Virus record (IMG/VR): IMGVR_UViG_3300023174_000034
Length of the DNA: 64,000 bases
DNA from: a virus
Taxonomy: Duplodnaviria; Heunggongvirae; Uroviricota; Caudoviricetes
Reading direction: 5' to 3' (one strand)
Of the stretch, positions 26,364 to 37,123 are shown one piece after another. Positions within the stretch are counted from its first letter, which is position 1, and each line of letters begins with the position of its first letter. Below the pieces are notes generated by a model, which saw only the letters and a list, made by a program, of their open reading frames with translations, was not told the origin of the DNA and did not search any database. The position numbers were made by a program, and so were the translations under genes.

Positions 26364-27091
26364 TCCCCAAGCTATTGATACAAACTTCGCCAAATGCCAG
26401 GCCTGATCCTGCGTTACGCAGGCACCTGGTGGCTCAGCTTGGTCCGGGCTGGACCTATAGGTATTTCACTGATGCAGATATACTGGAATACTTCCGTGAC
26501 AATCCATTGGTTGGATACGAAAACATTGAACGCCGTTGGCATGCCATGCCATCCGGTCCACTCAAGGCAGACTTGTTTAGGTATTATTTTCTCTATGTCA
26601 ACGGCGGCGTATTTTTAGACTATGATGCCATGATCTACACAGGCCTATCCGGGTACTGTGAGCAATATGACTTGTTCTCAGTAGCAACCAATGATGCCAA
26701 GATGTTCAACGGGTTCGTTGGATGCAGGCCACTCAGCCCAATTATGAAAACCATGTTACACGATGCGTATTGGGTGAATGTTGTTGTGTTGTCCAATCGA
26801 CATCATCTGCTACTTGAGAATATGAACAAGATTGTGCGTGGGCACACAGGATCCGAAAAAATATTCCTTTTTGGTGAGCATGTAAACGACACTCAAGGAA
26901 TTGTAGTTGACAACAATACCCAGGTTGCTGTACACTACTACAAGCACAAAGTGATCCCAAACCCAGGAGTAATAAAATTATGGAAATTGTATATAACACA
27001 GCCCCAGATGATCTGGATGTGGACAGTCGCAATCGTGAAATCCGTCTCATGTTACATCACGGCGTGTGTGAAATCACCTTTACCAAGGTAA
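26360..27091 (+). CDS. Glycosyltransferase with a DXD sugar-binding region (Och1/TcdA-like Gly_transf_sug).
   Basis: DADILEYFRD...ADLFRYYFLYVNGGVFLDYD. Confidence 0.55.
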   Translation: MIPKLLIQTSPNARPDPALRRHLVAQLGPGWTYRYFTDADILEYFRDNPLVGYENIERRWHAMPSGPLKADLFRYYFLYVNGGVFLDYDAMIYTGLSGYCEQYDLFSVATNDAKMFNGFVGCRPLSPIMKTMLHDAYWVNVVVLSNRHHLLLENMNKIVRGHTGSEKIFLFGEHVNDTQGIVVDNNTQVAVHYYKHKVIPNPGVIKLWKLYITQPQMIWMWTVAIVKSVSCYITACVKSPLPR

Positions 27092-27436
27092 ACGGTGAAA
27101 CACGTACCATGCCCTGTACCTTGGACAGTGCCTTGCTACCACCACAGCCACTGAAAGAGTTTCATGAGACTCGTGCGTACAAGCCCGAGACCTTGAGTGT
27201 GTGGTGCCTGGACAAGATGGAATGGCGATCATTCCGTGTGGCCAATGTAACACGGATTGTGCGCACACAATGAACGACACACAGCATTGGCAGTTGATGA
27301 CCTTGTTGGTGCCACCTGCAGAGCTGGCCGCGATAATCCAGCGAGTGGAAGATGGCACCATCAGTCACGCCAGTGCTAGGATTGTGTTCAACGAGATCTA
27401 CGAAACCAATCGTGCCAGGTTATTAGGAGTTGAACG

Positions 27437-27637
27437 ATGACACTAGAAGATTTGCAATATATCTTTGATCGCCAGATAGAAGAAGGTACTGAGAAACTGT
27501 ACTTCATGCTGGTAGATGGTGATCGCTTGCCTGTGGTTCAGCGTCACCCTAGTACGGATCTGGCTGGACTGTTGCCCATGTTATCTAGTTTTGAATACGC
27601 TGGCTCACCTGCTGGCATGCCGAGGTTTACTAAATGA
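27437..27637 (+). CDS. Hypothetical small protein.
   Basis: Coupled ORF. Confidence 0.35.
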   Translation: MTLEDLQYIFDRQIEEGTEKLYFMLVDGDRLPVVQRHPSTDLAGLLPMLSSFEYAGSPAGMPRFTK

Positions 27638-27864
27638 ACGAACGAATTACTCAACTTGCTGAACAGGCTGTGCGTTATGCCTTGGATAAAGCAAATGAAG
27701 GTGAGGATGAAGATTATGAATATTCCTTTGATGATGACTTTCAAGAAAAGTTTGCCGAGTTGATTGTGAGAGAATGTGGCGTAGCATTGAGTCCGATGTT
27801 GCGTGATATGGTCAGTAGAGGGAAGGCATACGATATGATTAAACAACATTTTGGAGTTGAATGA
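27634..27864 (+). CDS. MNERI-family small acidic protein, paralog 1.
   Basis: MNERITQLAEQA...FAELIVRECG...IKQHFGVE. Confidence 0.5.
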   Translation: MNERITQLAEQAVRYALDKANEGEDEDYEYSFDDDFQEKFAELIVRECGVALSPMLRDMVSRGKAYDMIKQHFGVE

Positions 27865-28030
27865 TGTGCGAAGAAATGAGTGACTTGATTAGACAATACA
27901 TCAAAGACAATTTACGGCTTGAGGTTAGGACAGATTCCATATACAATGGTGGCAGTGACGGTCCCATGTACACCGACTGTCACAGTATTCAACTAATCCT
28001 TGATGGCGAAATAATTAGTGAGGTATCATT

Positions 28031-28372
28031 ATGAACGAACGAATTCTAAAACTTGCTAGAAAGTCCGGTGCTACTGTAAACGAAGGTTATGACGGCACCA
28101 AAAGTTTTGTTTATGGCATTACAATGAGTCCAGAAGAATTGGAAAAGTTCGCTGAGTTGATGGTCGTTGAATTCACTGAAACGGTCAAGCAAACTGCCAA
28201 CGAACTTGCCGAATCTGGATTCCGACAAGGACAATCCGAGGAAGAAGTTATGAAAAGTGTCAACGGTGCTTTGGCTGTGTTGAAAGTTATGCGTGAGAGG
28301 TTCGAAGTCGGTATGACTACAGAAGACAAGAAGACCCTAATCAAAGAATTATTAGGAGTGAAGAATGATTGA
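28031..28372 (+). CDS. MNERI-family paralog 2.
   Basis: MNERILKLARK...FAELMVVEF. Confidence 0.45.
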   Translation: MNERILKLARKSGATVNEGYDGTKSFVYGITMSPEELEKFAELMVVEFTETVKQTANELAESGFRQGQSEEEVMKSVNGALAVLKVMRERFEVGMTTEDKKTLIKELLGVKND

Positions 28373-28676
28373 TTACTACGAAGCCCTACGAGAAATGAAC
28401 ACAGGAAAAGTTGTGAAGTATGTGGGCACGGTCAATGGCAATGTATGGTCGGACAATGGTGCCAGTTTTTGTATGTGTCGCGGATGTATCTTTCTCTATG
28501 ATGATGGTGTAATCAAATGGAACAAGTTGGGATATATGGTCTACGATCCAGACTTTCGTTATGAACTAACTGGTGAAACAGTTGATCCAAGAGCGTGGAA
28601 ACCAGAAAAGAACCGAGATCGTAAAGATATTAAAAGCAAGTTGGGTTATAGTAGAGTTGGAAGGAACAATGTATGA
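28365..28676 (+). CDS. Hypothetical small protein.
   Basis: Coupled ORF. Confidence 0.4.
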   Translation: MIDYYEALREMNTGKVVKYVGTVNGNVWSDNGASFCMCRGCIFLYDDGVIKWNKLGYMVYDPDFRYELTGETVDPRAWKPEKNRDRKDIKSKLGYSRVGRNNV

Positions 28677-28888
28677 GTAAGATACCAATGTTAGAAAAGT
28701 TTGCCGCACAAAGTCTTGTCGAGTATGACGGTGAATTGATTTTTAGTAAGGAACGATTCGCCGAGTTGATTGTGCGGGAATGTGTTGCTATTTGTCAAGA
28801 TGTGGATGGCGAAGATAACATTGATGCTAAGTCAGGTAGGCAGGATTGTGCTGTAGAGATTAAACAACATTTCGGAATTGAACGATGA
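28673..28888 (+). CDS. MNERI-family paralog 3.
   Basis: FAELIVRECVAICQD...IKQHFGIE. Confidence 0.45.
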   Translation: MSKIPMLEKFAAQSLVEYDGELIFSKERFAELIVRECVAICQDVDGEDNIDAKSGRQDCAVEIKQHFGIER

Positions 28889-29253
28889 CCAATGAAATCA
28901 CTGTGGAGATGCTGGACCGCAAGATTGCATGGTGTGAACAACAGCTAGCGGACGCCAAGGCAGCGACCATACACCGTATGCAGGATTTCTACTTTGAAAA
29001 AACTCGCGCCAGTGTAGCCGAGGACTGGCCTGAAGCATTCACATTGCAGGAACTGGCTGACACTTTGGGTGTAGATCAAGTGCGGTATAGGATCTACTAC
29101 AGCCAGGATAATCTCACCTGCCGACTGTTTGTGTTCCGTGCCCATTGCACCAAGTCTGAAGAGCAAAAGATGTTGGCGTTGGGATTTGTACTGGCACAAG
29201 ACGGCGATACTGAAAATATTCCTGATCAGCCCGTAGAGGAAGTAGAAGAATGA
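28885..29253 (+). CDS. Hypothetical acidic protein.
   Basis: Coupled ORF. Confidence 0.4.
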   Translation: MTNEITVEMLDRKIAWCEQQLADAKAATIHRMQDFYFEKTRASVAEDWPEAFTLQELADTLGVDQVRYRIYYSQDNLTCRLFVFRAHCTKSEEQKMLALGFVLAQDGDTENIPDQPVEEVEE

Positions 29254-29530
29254 AAATATACAAACACAGCACAGGCAAGACCAGTATCTTCCCTGAGCAT
29301 ATTCCCAAGGGTTGGGAAGTACTGATTCGACCAGATACATTTGAAGTAGTATGGCGCAAGATTAAGGGTAGACATGTGGGCTCGTGAACAAAGTTATGTG
29401 TATCTCAAGCAGTACATACAGTGCCGCAACAACACGCCCTGGCCCATGGCAGTACCGCAAGCACATGACCGTGCTAGATGGACCCTACACTATCTAGGTG
29501 GCCTAGGCAGCAGTTGGGACATACGCCGTA

Positions 29531-29818
29531 GTGACTGCACCTACTATTATCCACAGAGGACAACTGATGAACAAACGGATCCAAGAACTAGCTGAACAAG
29601 CCCGTGCCAGTGTTCCGCCCGGATTGGTTGTGGAAGAATGGATTCGAGTATACAATATCAAGCTGGGTGAATTGATTGTGCAAGAGTGCGTGGGCGTCGT
29701 AGAAAATCTGAGCCCGGGCTATGAAGACTATCGCAACCAGATTGAAGATGCTTTCCGTAGAGATTGTGTAGAACAGCTTAAACAACATTTTGGAGTTGAA
29801 GATGAAACTGTCAGCTGA
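29531..29818 (+). CDS. MNERI-family paralog 4.
   Basis: MNKRIQELAEQA...ELIVQECVG...LKQHFGVE. Confidence 0.45.
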   Translation: MTAPTIIHRGQLMNKRIQELAEQARASVPPGLVVEEWIRVYNIKLGELIVQECVGVVENLSPGYEDYRNQIEDAFRRDCVEQLKQHFGVEDETVS

Positions 29819-30394
29819 CGGAGTAGAAGGACATTTATTGCACACAGGTGATGGTCGCTATGTGTTTAGAGTCTACGCAGATAACTTTGAGTTTACTGAT
29901 TATGACTTGCTACACAGTGATTTGTGTGTTACAATAACAGACAAGGACGCTACCTTTTACTCCGACGAGGGCGGTAACAGGTTAGATCACAGCCCAGCAA
30001 CACTAGGAATAGAACATGGCAAAGAAGAAAACTGAACTCACTCCGCGCAACGACATGATTGTGCTCACACGTAAGCAGATACTTGATATGGCCACGCTGG
30101 TCAATCACTTTACAGAAGTAGAGCTGTTTACGATTGTAGAAACCCACGAAAGTGGTATTGGTCCCAGCGTTTATGTAAAGTGTACCTTGTTTGAAAAACC
30201 CACTACTGTGGATATAACTGATGTGGAGAATTGGTAATGAACTACAAAATCAAATGGTCACAGCCCTACACCCAGTGGGAAGGTGATCGCATCATCAAGC
30301 AAATGGAACAGCTCAAAGCTGACCTAGTTGAACGTGTGTTGGACCACGAAGACTTTACTGAAGCAAAACAAGAACTTGCCCGGATTATGGCCAA

Positions 30395-30790
30395 ATGAAA
30401 CTCACTGTATACAGCCACAATCGTCTACTAGACACTGCCCGCCGGTGGGACGTGCCCAGAGACTTTGCTGACCCCATGCTGAACTATCTAGTGTATGGAT
30501 ACGAGCCTGGCTCATGTTTCACTGCGGTACTGGCCAATGACTTTTTCCGGGCCGTTGCATCCAGTCATCCCAGCAATACTGTAGAAGCGTTCAAGAACTT
30601 GACAGGGTGGATAAACGAACACTTCTCTCGACAAGCATATGGCAGCTATGACTCAGTGAGTTATTGGCTTGATCTTGCGCCTGCTCAGCGCAGAACAATC
30701 CTTGAGCGTGATAACTTGATCTATACTGAACAAGAAGAGATCATTATGACTCTTAAGAACGAGCCCGACCGCGAACCGGTATTATATTAG
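30395..30790 (+). CDS. Hypothetical protein.
   Basis: 131-aa ORF. Confidence 0.4.
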   Translation: MKLTVYSHNRLLDTARRWDVPRDFADPMLNYLVYGYEPGSCFTAVLANDFFRAVASSHPSNTVEAFKNLTGWINEHFSRQAYGSYDSVSYWLDLAPAQRRTILERDNLIYTEQEEIIMTLKNEPDREPVLY

Positions 30791-30949
30791 GAAACCACAT
30801 GAACACTGAATTGAAAAAACTAGCACAACAAGCCGGCGCACCCCAAGAGGTGCTGGATGAGCTTTGGTTTGGTCTATTCTGCATGAAATTTGCAGATGTG
30901 ATCCTTACCAACGCAGAACAAGAAATGATCAAGATCAAAGCCAGGATGT

Positions 30950-31162
30950 ATGAATATGAACAAAAATCTTAAAATCAATCTAGTTGGTGTGGATAATCTT
31001 TCCGAGGAACTGTTAGGCACGTTGATCGACAATCTTGTGGAACTTTACACAGTCAAATTTGGATTGAAGATTGATCTCGACGAACCTGAAAAACCCGAGT
31101 ACGATGCAGAAGACATAGACTTTGCAAAAAACTACTTGAAGAAATACAGGTTACAAAAGTGA
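30950..31162 (+). CDS. Hypothetical small acidic protein.
   Basis: 70-aa ORF. Confidence 0.35.
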   Translation: MNMNKNLKINLVGVDNLSEELLGTLIDNLVELYTVKFGLKIDLDEPEKPEYDAEDIDFAKNYLKKYRLQK

Positions 31163-31422
31163 TTAAAAAACGAGCCCTAAGTGCCAGTCGCGATCCTAGC
31201 TTTCCAGGCACGGTTGTGGCCTTGCGTGGTAACGAACCCGAGGAAGGTAATATTGTGTTTCATTCGGGCACAGACCTTGACGCAAGTGAAATGCTCAAGA
31301 TCACCCGAACGGGCTTTTATGTTCGTGGAAAGCTGGTTGATCAGGATGACAAAGAAGCAGAAATAGTTTATAATGCTTTTAAGGAGTGGATGGTCTACTC
31401 TGCTCTAACCAGGAGATACTGA
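31159..31422 (+). CDS. Hypothetical small protein.
   Basis: Coupled ORF. Confidence 0.35.
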   Translation: MIKKRALSASRDPSFPGTVVALRGNEPEEGNIVFHSGTDLDASEMLKITRTGFYVRGKLVDQDDKEAEIVYNAFKEWMVYSALTRRY

Positions 31423-31598
31423 TGATTAGACTTTGGTTGGTATTTGCTATTCTTGCTGTGTTAATTCACCTAGGCATCACTGCCTGGAGAAACTTGAATG
31501 GCCGGGAACGTTGGACTTTGACCAAGTCCGTGACGTATAGTGTGAGTGTTGCATTGCTGGCTGTTCTGGTAATGACTGTGATTGTAATTTTATTTTAA
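31386..31598 (+). CDS. Small two-TM membrane protein.
   Basis: Hydrophobic 70-aa ORF. Confidence 0.35.
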   Translation: MDGLLCSNQEILMIRLWLVFAILAVLIHLGITAWRNLNGRERWTLTKSVTYSVSVALLAVLVMTVIVILF

Positions 31599-31607
31599 GG
31601 AAACATA

Positions 31608-32405
31608 ATGCGTATTTTGACTCTTTCCGTCCTTGCCGCGGCTGTGCTAGCAACAGGTTGTACTCGTATTGAAACTGGTGAAGTTGGTCTCCGTGTGGGT
31701 TTTGACAAGCAGGTCAAAACTGAGGAACTGCTCCCAGGCTCTTTTAATCAAACTATCATTGGTGATGTTATCACATTCCCAACCAAAGAGATCACTGTTA
31801 AAGTTGAAGACATGACTCCACTGGCCAAGGATAACAGCACAATGAAAGACTTTGATGCTATGATCACATACAACATCAATCAAGCACAAGTGGCTGAGAT
31901 CTACAACAGCAAGAACAAAAGTTTCCATGCCAAACACGATGGCGATGTTTACTTGATGTACAACTATGTGTTCAATGCCACACGCAATGCCATCTACAAG
32001 AGTGCTCGCAAGTTCGAAGCATTGGAAATGGGCGATGCTCGTCAAGCAATGGAAACTGAAATCAAAGAGCAAGTGATCAAGACCCTAGCAGAGGAAAAGC
32101 TAGACGGTACTATCATTATCAGCCAAGTGTTGATTCGTAACATTGTGCCTGCTGACAGTGTGGTGCTGAGTGCCAACGAATTGGTCAAGGCCAAGAACGA
32201 GTACAAGACTGAAGAAGTCAAAGTAGCCACTGCTCGCAAGCGCAACGAGTCCATGCAGGCCAACCCAATGGCAATTCCATTGCTCAAAGCCGAAGCTGAA
32301 GCAGACGCCATGCGAGCCTTGCCAAATGCCATCGCGGCCTTCAAAGGGCAGACCCTGGTGATCAATGGTGTGGTGACTCCAACTGTACAAACTAATAGCA
32401 AATAA
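31608..32405 (+). CDS. SPFH/band-7 (prohibitin/HflKC-like) lipoprotein.
   Basis: Lipobox LATGC after a signal peptide. IETGEVGLRVGF resembles the SPFH N-terminal strand. Confidence 0.55.
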   Translation: MRILTLSVLAAAVLATGCTRIETGEVGLRVGFDKQVKTEELLPGSFNQTIIGDVITFPTKEITVKVEDMTPLAKDNSTMKDFDAMITYNINQAQVAEIYNSKNKSFHAKHDGDVYLMYNYVFNATRNAIYKSARKFEALEMGDARQAMETEIKEQVIKTLAEEKLDGTIIISQVLIRNIVPADSVVLSANELVKAKNEYKTEEVKVATARKRNESMQANPMAIPLLKAEAEADAMRALPNAIAAFKGQTLVINGVVTPTVQTNSK

Positions 32406-33108
32406 ATGACCGATGAAGCAATCAAAGCATTCCTTGCCAATGGTGGTGCTATACAAAAAATTCCGGCAGGTGTAAGTGGCATCCCAGAAGGATCGACCTT
32501 CAATCCATGGGGTGCACCACGCAAAGCGGGTAGGCCGCCTGCCGCAGATAAACCTGTGGTAGTAGAGCTCGATGAACTCGACGACGGAACTCCAGGACCT
32601 GCTTAACGAAGAAGCCATACTCTCTAACATAGGGCGTGGCGACTCTCGAGAACGTGCGGAACTGCATACAGTCATACGTTTGATGCGAGATGAAACTCAC
32701 CGTCCTGGTTGCTTTGGCCAGGACGATTGTAGTACAATAATGTTGTCTCAATGCCCGTGGAGGATGGATTGTGGTAGCTGAAATATTTTTATATGGATTT
32801 ATAAGTGCGTTTGGTTGGTGGAGTGCAAATCATTATGTGATTGAGCCACATTTCCCGGATCCCATTGAAAAGAAGGTAAAGAATGACCAAGACAAAAGAA
32901 ACACCCATACACTTCGATGTGTTGGGAAATCCACTGGAACTGGGAACGACTGTGGCAGTGAGCCATCACGGAATGCAAATCTGCCAGATAACAAAGATAA
33001 ACCCTAAGATGTTACGTGTGCAACCTGTTCGCCCCAAGTATCGCGGCGACGGGTACTTGAAGTATGCCATGGACATGATTGCAGTGGATCCGCACCTGGT
33101 GACGCTGT

Positions 33109-33537
33109 ATGTGCTCAAACAAGAGTAAGGAACTAAAAATGAAAAGCAATGAATTTACAACCCTTTCAGTTGAGCAACTTGCTCACATTTCAGACGAAGC
33201 TCTGGATAACGCATATCATTATGGCCGTAGCACACCGGGCGCCAGTTTTGGCTGGATGGCCAATTTGGAATCTGCTCGGGCCGCTAAAAGGCTAATTGAC
33301 AGCGGCGAGACAGATGTAGAGGCAATCAGTGACGCGATCCATGATGGATGGAACATCACTGCCATGGCAGACTATAATGGGCAGTTAAAACTAGACGCAC
33401 CCACACCTGATGAAAAGAAGGCCAAGCGTTTTGCACTGGCCAGAAAAAGCTATGCACAGTTGCCCGAAGATGAAAAAGAAAAAGATCGTGTGGTAGCACG
33501 AGCACTATTAAAGGCCATTCATGGAAAACCCAACTGA
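33109..33537 (+). CDS. Hypothetical protein.
   Basis: 142-aa ORF. Confidence 0.4.
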   Translation: MCSNKSKELKMKSNEFTTLSVEQLAHISDEALDNAYHYGRSTPGASFGWMANLESARAAKRLIDSGETDVEAISDAIHDGWNITAMADYNGQLKLDAPTPDEKKAKRFALARKSYAQLPEDEKEKDRVVARALLKAIHGKPN

Positions 33538-33747
33538 AACACACTGGATTGTTGAACTAGAAGAAGATCCTGAAACTGGTGATCTAGTCATGCCTTTGCC
33601 CCCTGCCATGCTAGAAGCCATGGGCTGGAAAATTGGTGATGATCTAACCTGGAACATCGACGAAGTCACAAGAGAAGTCAGTTTAACCAAAAATGTCAAC
33701 GGAAAAGCTGAGCCAGGCGTTGTATATACAAGCAAGTAAATTCTTGC

Positions 33748-34023
33748 TTGAGTTTCAAAATAACCCTAATGGAGAATCAAATGAAACAACTTATCGCCGT
33801 AATCGCAACAGTATTCGCAGTATCCGTATTTGCCGCAGACGTGGCCAAGCCAGTTGGTCCGGCCGCAACACCAGCAGTGGCAACACCAGCAGTGACCAAA
33901 GCTGATGCACCCAAGCCTGCTGTCAAGAAAGACGAGAAGAAGCACAACAAAAGTCCCGCAAAAAAGGACGCAAAAGCACCTGTTGCAACAGCTACACCAG
34001 CAACAGTACCGGCCAGCAAGTGA
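33748..34023 (+). CDS. Secreted Ala/Pro/Lys-rich small protein.
   Basis: Signal peptide MKQLIAVIATVFAVSVFA followed by ATPAVATPAV repeats. Confidence 0.5.
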   Translation: MSFKITLMENQMKQLIAVIATVFAVSVFAADVAKPVGPAATPAVATPAVTKADAPKPAVKKDEKKHNKSPAKKDAKAPVATATPATVPASK

Positions 34024-34357
34024 TATCGATGACAGTGATGACGACGGCTACGATGACATTGATTTACATGTAGCCTATCGTCGTCCTGAACTCGTTCACG
34101 ACAAAACAAAACTAAACGACAGTGATCTCAGTGAACACATCAAGTTTAGGCTGTGGCTTGCAAGACAACTTGCAATGGCCAAGTACCAGGAAAAATGGGG
34201 CTGATGATGCCTTGTTTTTCTTGGATACACAACGCAATCTACAATGCGAAATACGCCAGTATTTGGAACGCAATCTAGATGCTGATCAAATAGCACACCG
34301 GTTGAAGTTAGACCCAGGTATTGTAGATAAATATCTGAGCACTTTAAGGAGCCGGTT

Positions 34358-34549
34358 ATGAAATATCTATTATCAGCCATTGCCCTGATGTTCGCCTTGA
34401 GCGCACATGCAGAAGCAGAAACAAAGAAGGTTTGCCACCCTGACGAGAAGACCAAGAAGGAAGTGTGCAAGACCATCAAGGTTCACAAAAAAGCAGAGAA
34501 AGTTACCACTGGTAGCCCAACTGATCCAGAACCTAAAAAGAAGAAATAA
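34358..34549 (+). CDS. Secreted small lysine-rich protein.
   Basis: Signal MKYLLSAIALMFALSAHA. Confidence 0.5.
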   Translation: MKYLLSAIALMFALSAHAEAETKKVCHPDEKTKKEVCKTIKVHKKAEKVTTGSPTDPEPKKKK

Positions 34550-34553
34550 TTTA

Positions 34554-34575
34554 GCCCCGCAAGGGGCTTTGTTAT
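34554..34575 (+). terminator. Rho-independent terminator (AGCCCCgcaaGGGGCT + TTTGTT).
   Basis: GNRA-loop hairpin followed by a T-run. Confidence 0.5.
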
Positions 34576-34604
34576 AAATATTCATGTAGCAACAGCTACA
34601 GCTC

Positions 34605-34865
34605 GTGTTAAACACACATACACACAAGGAGAAAAATATGAGCAAAACACCTTACGAGATTCGTCTCGAACTACTCAAGATGGCCAACGAGATTCTTGTT
34701 ACACCCGTCTTTCAAAAGCGCCAGGCACTAAGCGACGAATATCATTCCAAGCTAACAGATGCCAATCGCGGAACTCTTCCATTCCCAACCATGCCTGATT
34801 TTCCGTCCAGCACCGACGTGGTCAGCAAGGCCGAGGAACTGAAGAAGTTTGTTGACCAAGCATAA
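34605..34865 (+). CDS. Hypothetical small protein.
   Basis: GGAG RBS. Followed by inverted repeat GCAAGCAAGA...TCTTGCTTG. Confidence 0.4.
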   Translation: MLNTHTHKEKNMSKTPYEIRLELLKMANEILVTPVFQKRQALSDEYHSKLTDANRGTLPFPTMPDFPSSTDVVSKAEELKKFVDQA

Positions 34866-34975
34866 CGGTTGACAAACTGCAAGCAAGATTGCCAAACAGT
34901 CTTGCTTGTTTCATAGTTTCTTGCTATACTTAGACCATGCTGTTGTTACAGCTACTTTATAGAGGAAACTTAAAA

Positions 34976-35272
34976 ATGACACATCAAACTAAAGCAATTC
35001 GCAATTTCGACCTAACTACCAAGCAAGGTAAACTATTCCAAGCCCTGGTCATGAAAGGCGAAACAATGAGCGAAGCTGAAATCAGCAAGCGTTTCGGCAT
35101 CAAGAACCCAACTGCAACTATCAGCGTTATTCGTAACCGTGGTTATGCAGTTTACGCAAAAAGCCGCAAAGCCGGTAATGGCGTTCAGGTAACTGAGTAC
35201 CGTCATGGTGAAGCCAGCCGTAAGTTGGTTGCACTTGCATACAAAGCACAGTCTTTGGGCATCACAGTCTAA
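34976..35272 (+). CDS. Small protein, a possible DNA-binding regulator.
   Basis: Follows a TTTGCTATACT -10-like element with a weak -35. Confidence 0.4.
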   Translation: MTHQTKAIRNFDLTTKQGKLFQALVMKGETMSEAEISKRFGIKNPTATISVIRNRGYAVYAKSRKAGNGVQVTEYRHGEASRKLVALAYKAQSLGITV

Positions 35273-35350
35273 TTGATTTTGGACAGATCAAAGGTGCTTT
35301 TGGGCACCTTTTTTCTTGACCTTTTTTGTTTATCACACTATAATAGTCAT

Positions 35351-36172
35351 ATGAGAGTAAATGTAATTTCCGATCTTCATCTTGAGTTTGGTGACCTAGA
35401 GTTGCCGGGCGGAGACGTGCTGATTTTGTCAGGCGATGTGTGCGAAAGCCGAACCTTGACCAAGTACAAGTATGACCCAATGAACGTCATGACTGAAGTA
35501 GGCAATCCCAAACGCATGGATCGTGCTCAGCGTTTCTTCTTTGAAGAATGCACCAAGTATCGCGAAGTAATCTATGTCATGGGCAACCACGAACACTATC
35601 ACGGACGCTATGACAAAACTGTGCATGAGCTCAAGGCCATGGTGCCAGACAATGTGAGTGTGCTGGAGAATGAACACATTGTGATTGACGATGTGCTTTT
35701 CCTAGGTGCCACGCTATGGACAGACTGCAACAAAGGCAACCCCATGTGTCTGCAGGTTCTCAAACATAGTATGCAAGATTACAATGCTATTACCAACAAG
35801 TATCACAACATTTATCGCAAGCTGATTCCACAAGATACCATGGAAACTCACATGCGTACCAAGGAATACTTCAAGACCATACTTGAACTAAACCGCGATA
35901 AAAAGGTTGTGGTGTGTACGCATCATGCTCCTAGTTACAAGAGTGTGCATGAGCACTATGTTCATGACGTGGATATGAACGGTGGCTATGCCAGTGACTT
36001 GAGTGAGTTCATACTTGATCACGAAAACATCAAGTTTTGGACACATGGTCACATGCACGACCCAAGTGACTACGAAATTGGTCAGTGCCGTGTGATCTGT
36101 AATCCACGTGGTTACAAAGGTTACGAGCAACAGGTAAATCTATTTGACCCCACTGTGGGATTTGATATATAA
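35351..36172 (+). CDS. Calcineurin-like metallophosphoesterase.
   Basis: VISDLHLEFG, LSGDVCE and MGNHEHY blocks. Confidence 0.65.
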   Translation: MRVNVISDLHLEFGDLELPGGDVLILSGDVCESRTLTKYKYDPMNVMTEVGNPKRMDRAQRFFFEECTKYREVIYVMGNHEHYHGRYDKTVHELKAMVPDNVSVLENEHIVIDDVLFLGATLWTDCNKGNPMCLQVLKHSMQDYNAITNKYHNIYRKLIPQDTMETHMRTKEYFKTILELNRDKKVVVCTHHAPSYKSVHEHYVHDVDMNGGYASDLSEFILDHENIKFWTHGHMHDPSDYEIGQCRVICNPRGYKGYEQQVNLFDPTVGFDI

Positions 36173-36189
36173 ATTTAAGGAAGATAAAA

Positions 36190-36765
36190 ATGGCAATTAA
36201 AATTACACTTCGCAAAGCAAACGCTATCCAGCAAAACATGAACGATCTGTTGAAAACTGTTCAGGTCAAAGCAACTGTGGAACTGAACGAATTTCAGGAT
36301 GTGGTACAGACCCTGCAGGCTGCAAATGATGCAGTCATGGCCGCTGATGTGCGCCGCAGTGATCTGTTGATGGCCTTGTACAGCATTCGTGCCACTGTTG
36401 GTGTGGCCAACTTCCAGTGTGGAATTGGTAACCGACTGAGCCACTTGGCCTACATCGACAAGCGACTGCACCAGCTGGAAAGCCTAGTATCAGAAACTGC
36501 CAAATTGAAAGACCTGGCAGTGGTCACTGGTCAGCTGGACAAGATCCGTAACCGCCGCGAAGAACATCGCATGTACGGCTACGAAAGTAACGTGACCACA
36601 GGTGTGTTGCAACAGCAACAGATTGACAGCATCGCAGGTATCATGCGCGAGCTGAAAAAACAAAAGCAGAAGCTCAACGATGAAGTGTTGGAACTAAACG
36701 TTCGCACTGAAATTGAGCTGACTGATGATGTGGAAGCTGTTCTTGTAAAAGAAGGCATCCTGTAA
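36190..36765 (+). CDS. Coiled-coil protein.
   Basis: 191-aa ORF with AAGGAAG RBS. Confidence 0.5.
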   Translation: MAIKITLRKANAIQQNMNDLLKTVQVKATVELNEFQDVVQTLQAANDAVMAADVRRSDLLMALYSIRATVGVANFQCGIGNRLSHLAYIDKRLHQLESLVSETAKLKDLAVVTGQLDKIRNRREEHRMYGYESNVTTGVLQQQQIDSIAGIMRELKKQKQKLNDEVLELNVRTEIELTDDVEAVLVKEGIL

Positions 36766-37123
36766 AGAGTAGTGCAGGCTGAAGAAGCAAGTAAAATTCT
36801 CGGCGCAATCCGGGCCAATGAACGTGGGCACAGCTGAATCTATAGGGCAGTTAGATTGCTAATTGTCCTTGACGGGCGTGTGGAGGGTGAGAGTGGCGAT
36901 TGTATGATGTACCTCTTCCAAAAGAAGATTGTGCATGATACGAAACTTAACTGGCTAACCCGCAAGGGTTTCCAACCGTATCCTAGTGCAGGTGGAGTAA
37001 GTCATAGGGGCTGTGTCCTTTGTTTTCCACCAAATAGTAGGATCTCTGTTTGTTGTTGATCGTCTATTGTTGCAAGAGTAGCTTGTATGTTATTTGTCCT
37101 GCCATGACTTGGCCACACACCGA

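Noticed and set aside
34868-34930. TTGACA at 34868 paired with TATACT at 34925 as a family promoter
   Set aside because: Spacing is about 50 nt. The intervening sequence is an inverted repeat (GCAAGCAAGA...TCTTGCTTG). Only a weak -35 (TTGCTT) lies at the proper distance, so it is given low confidence.
36856-37059. 67-aa ORF in the GC-rich intergenic island
   Set aside because: No RBS. Atypical composition. More likely non-coding.
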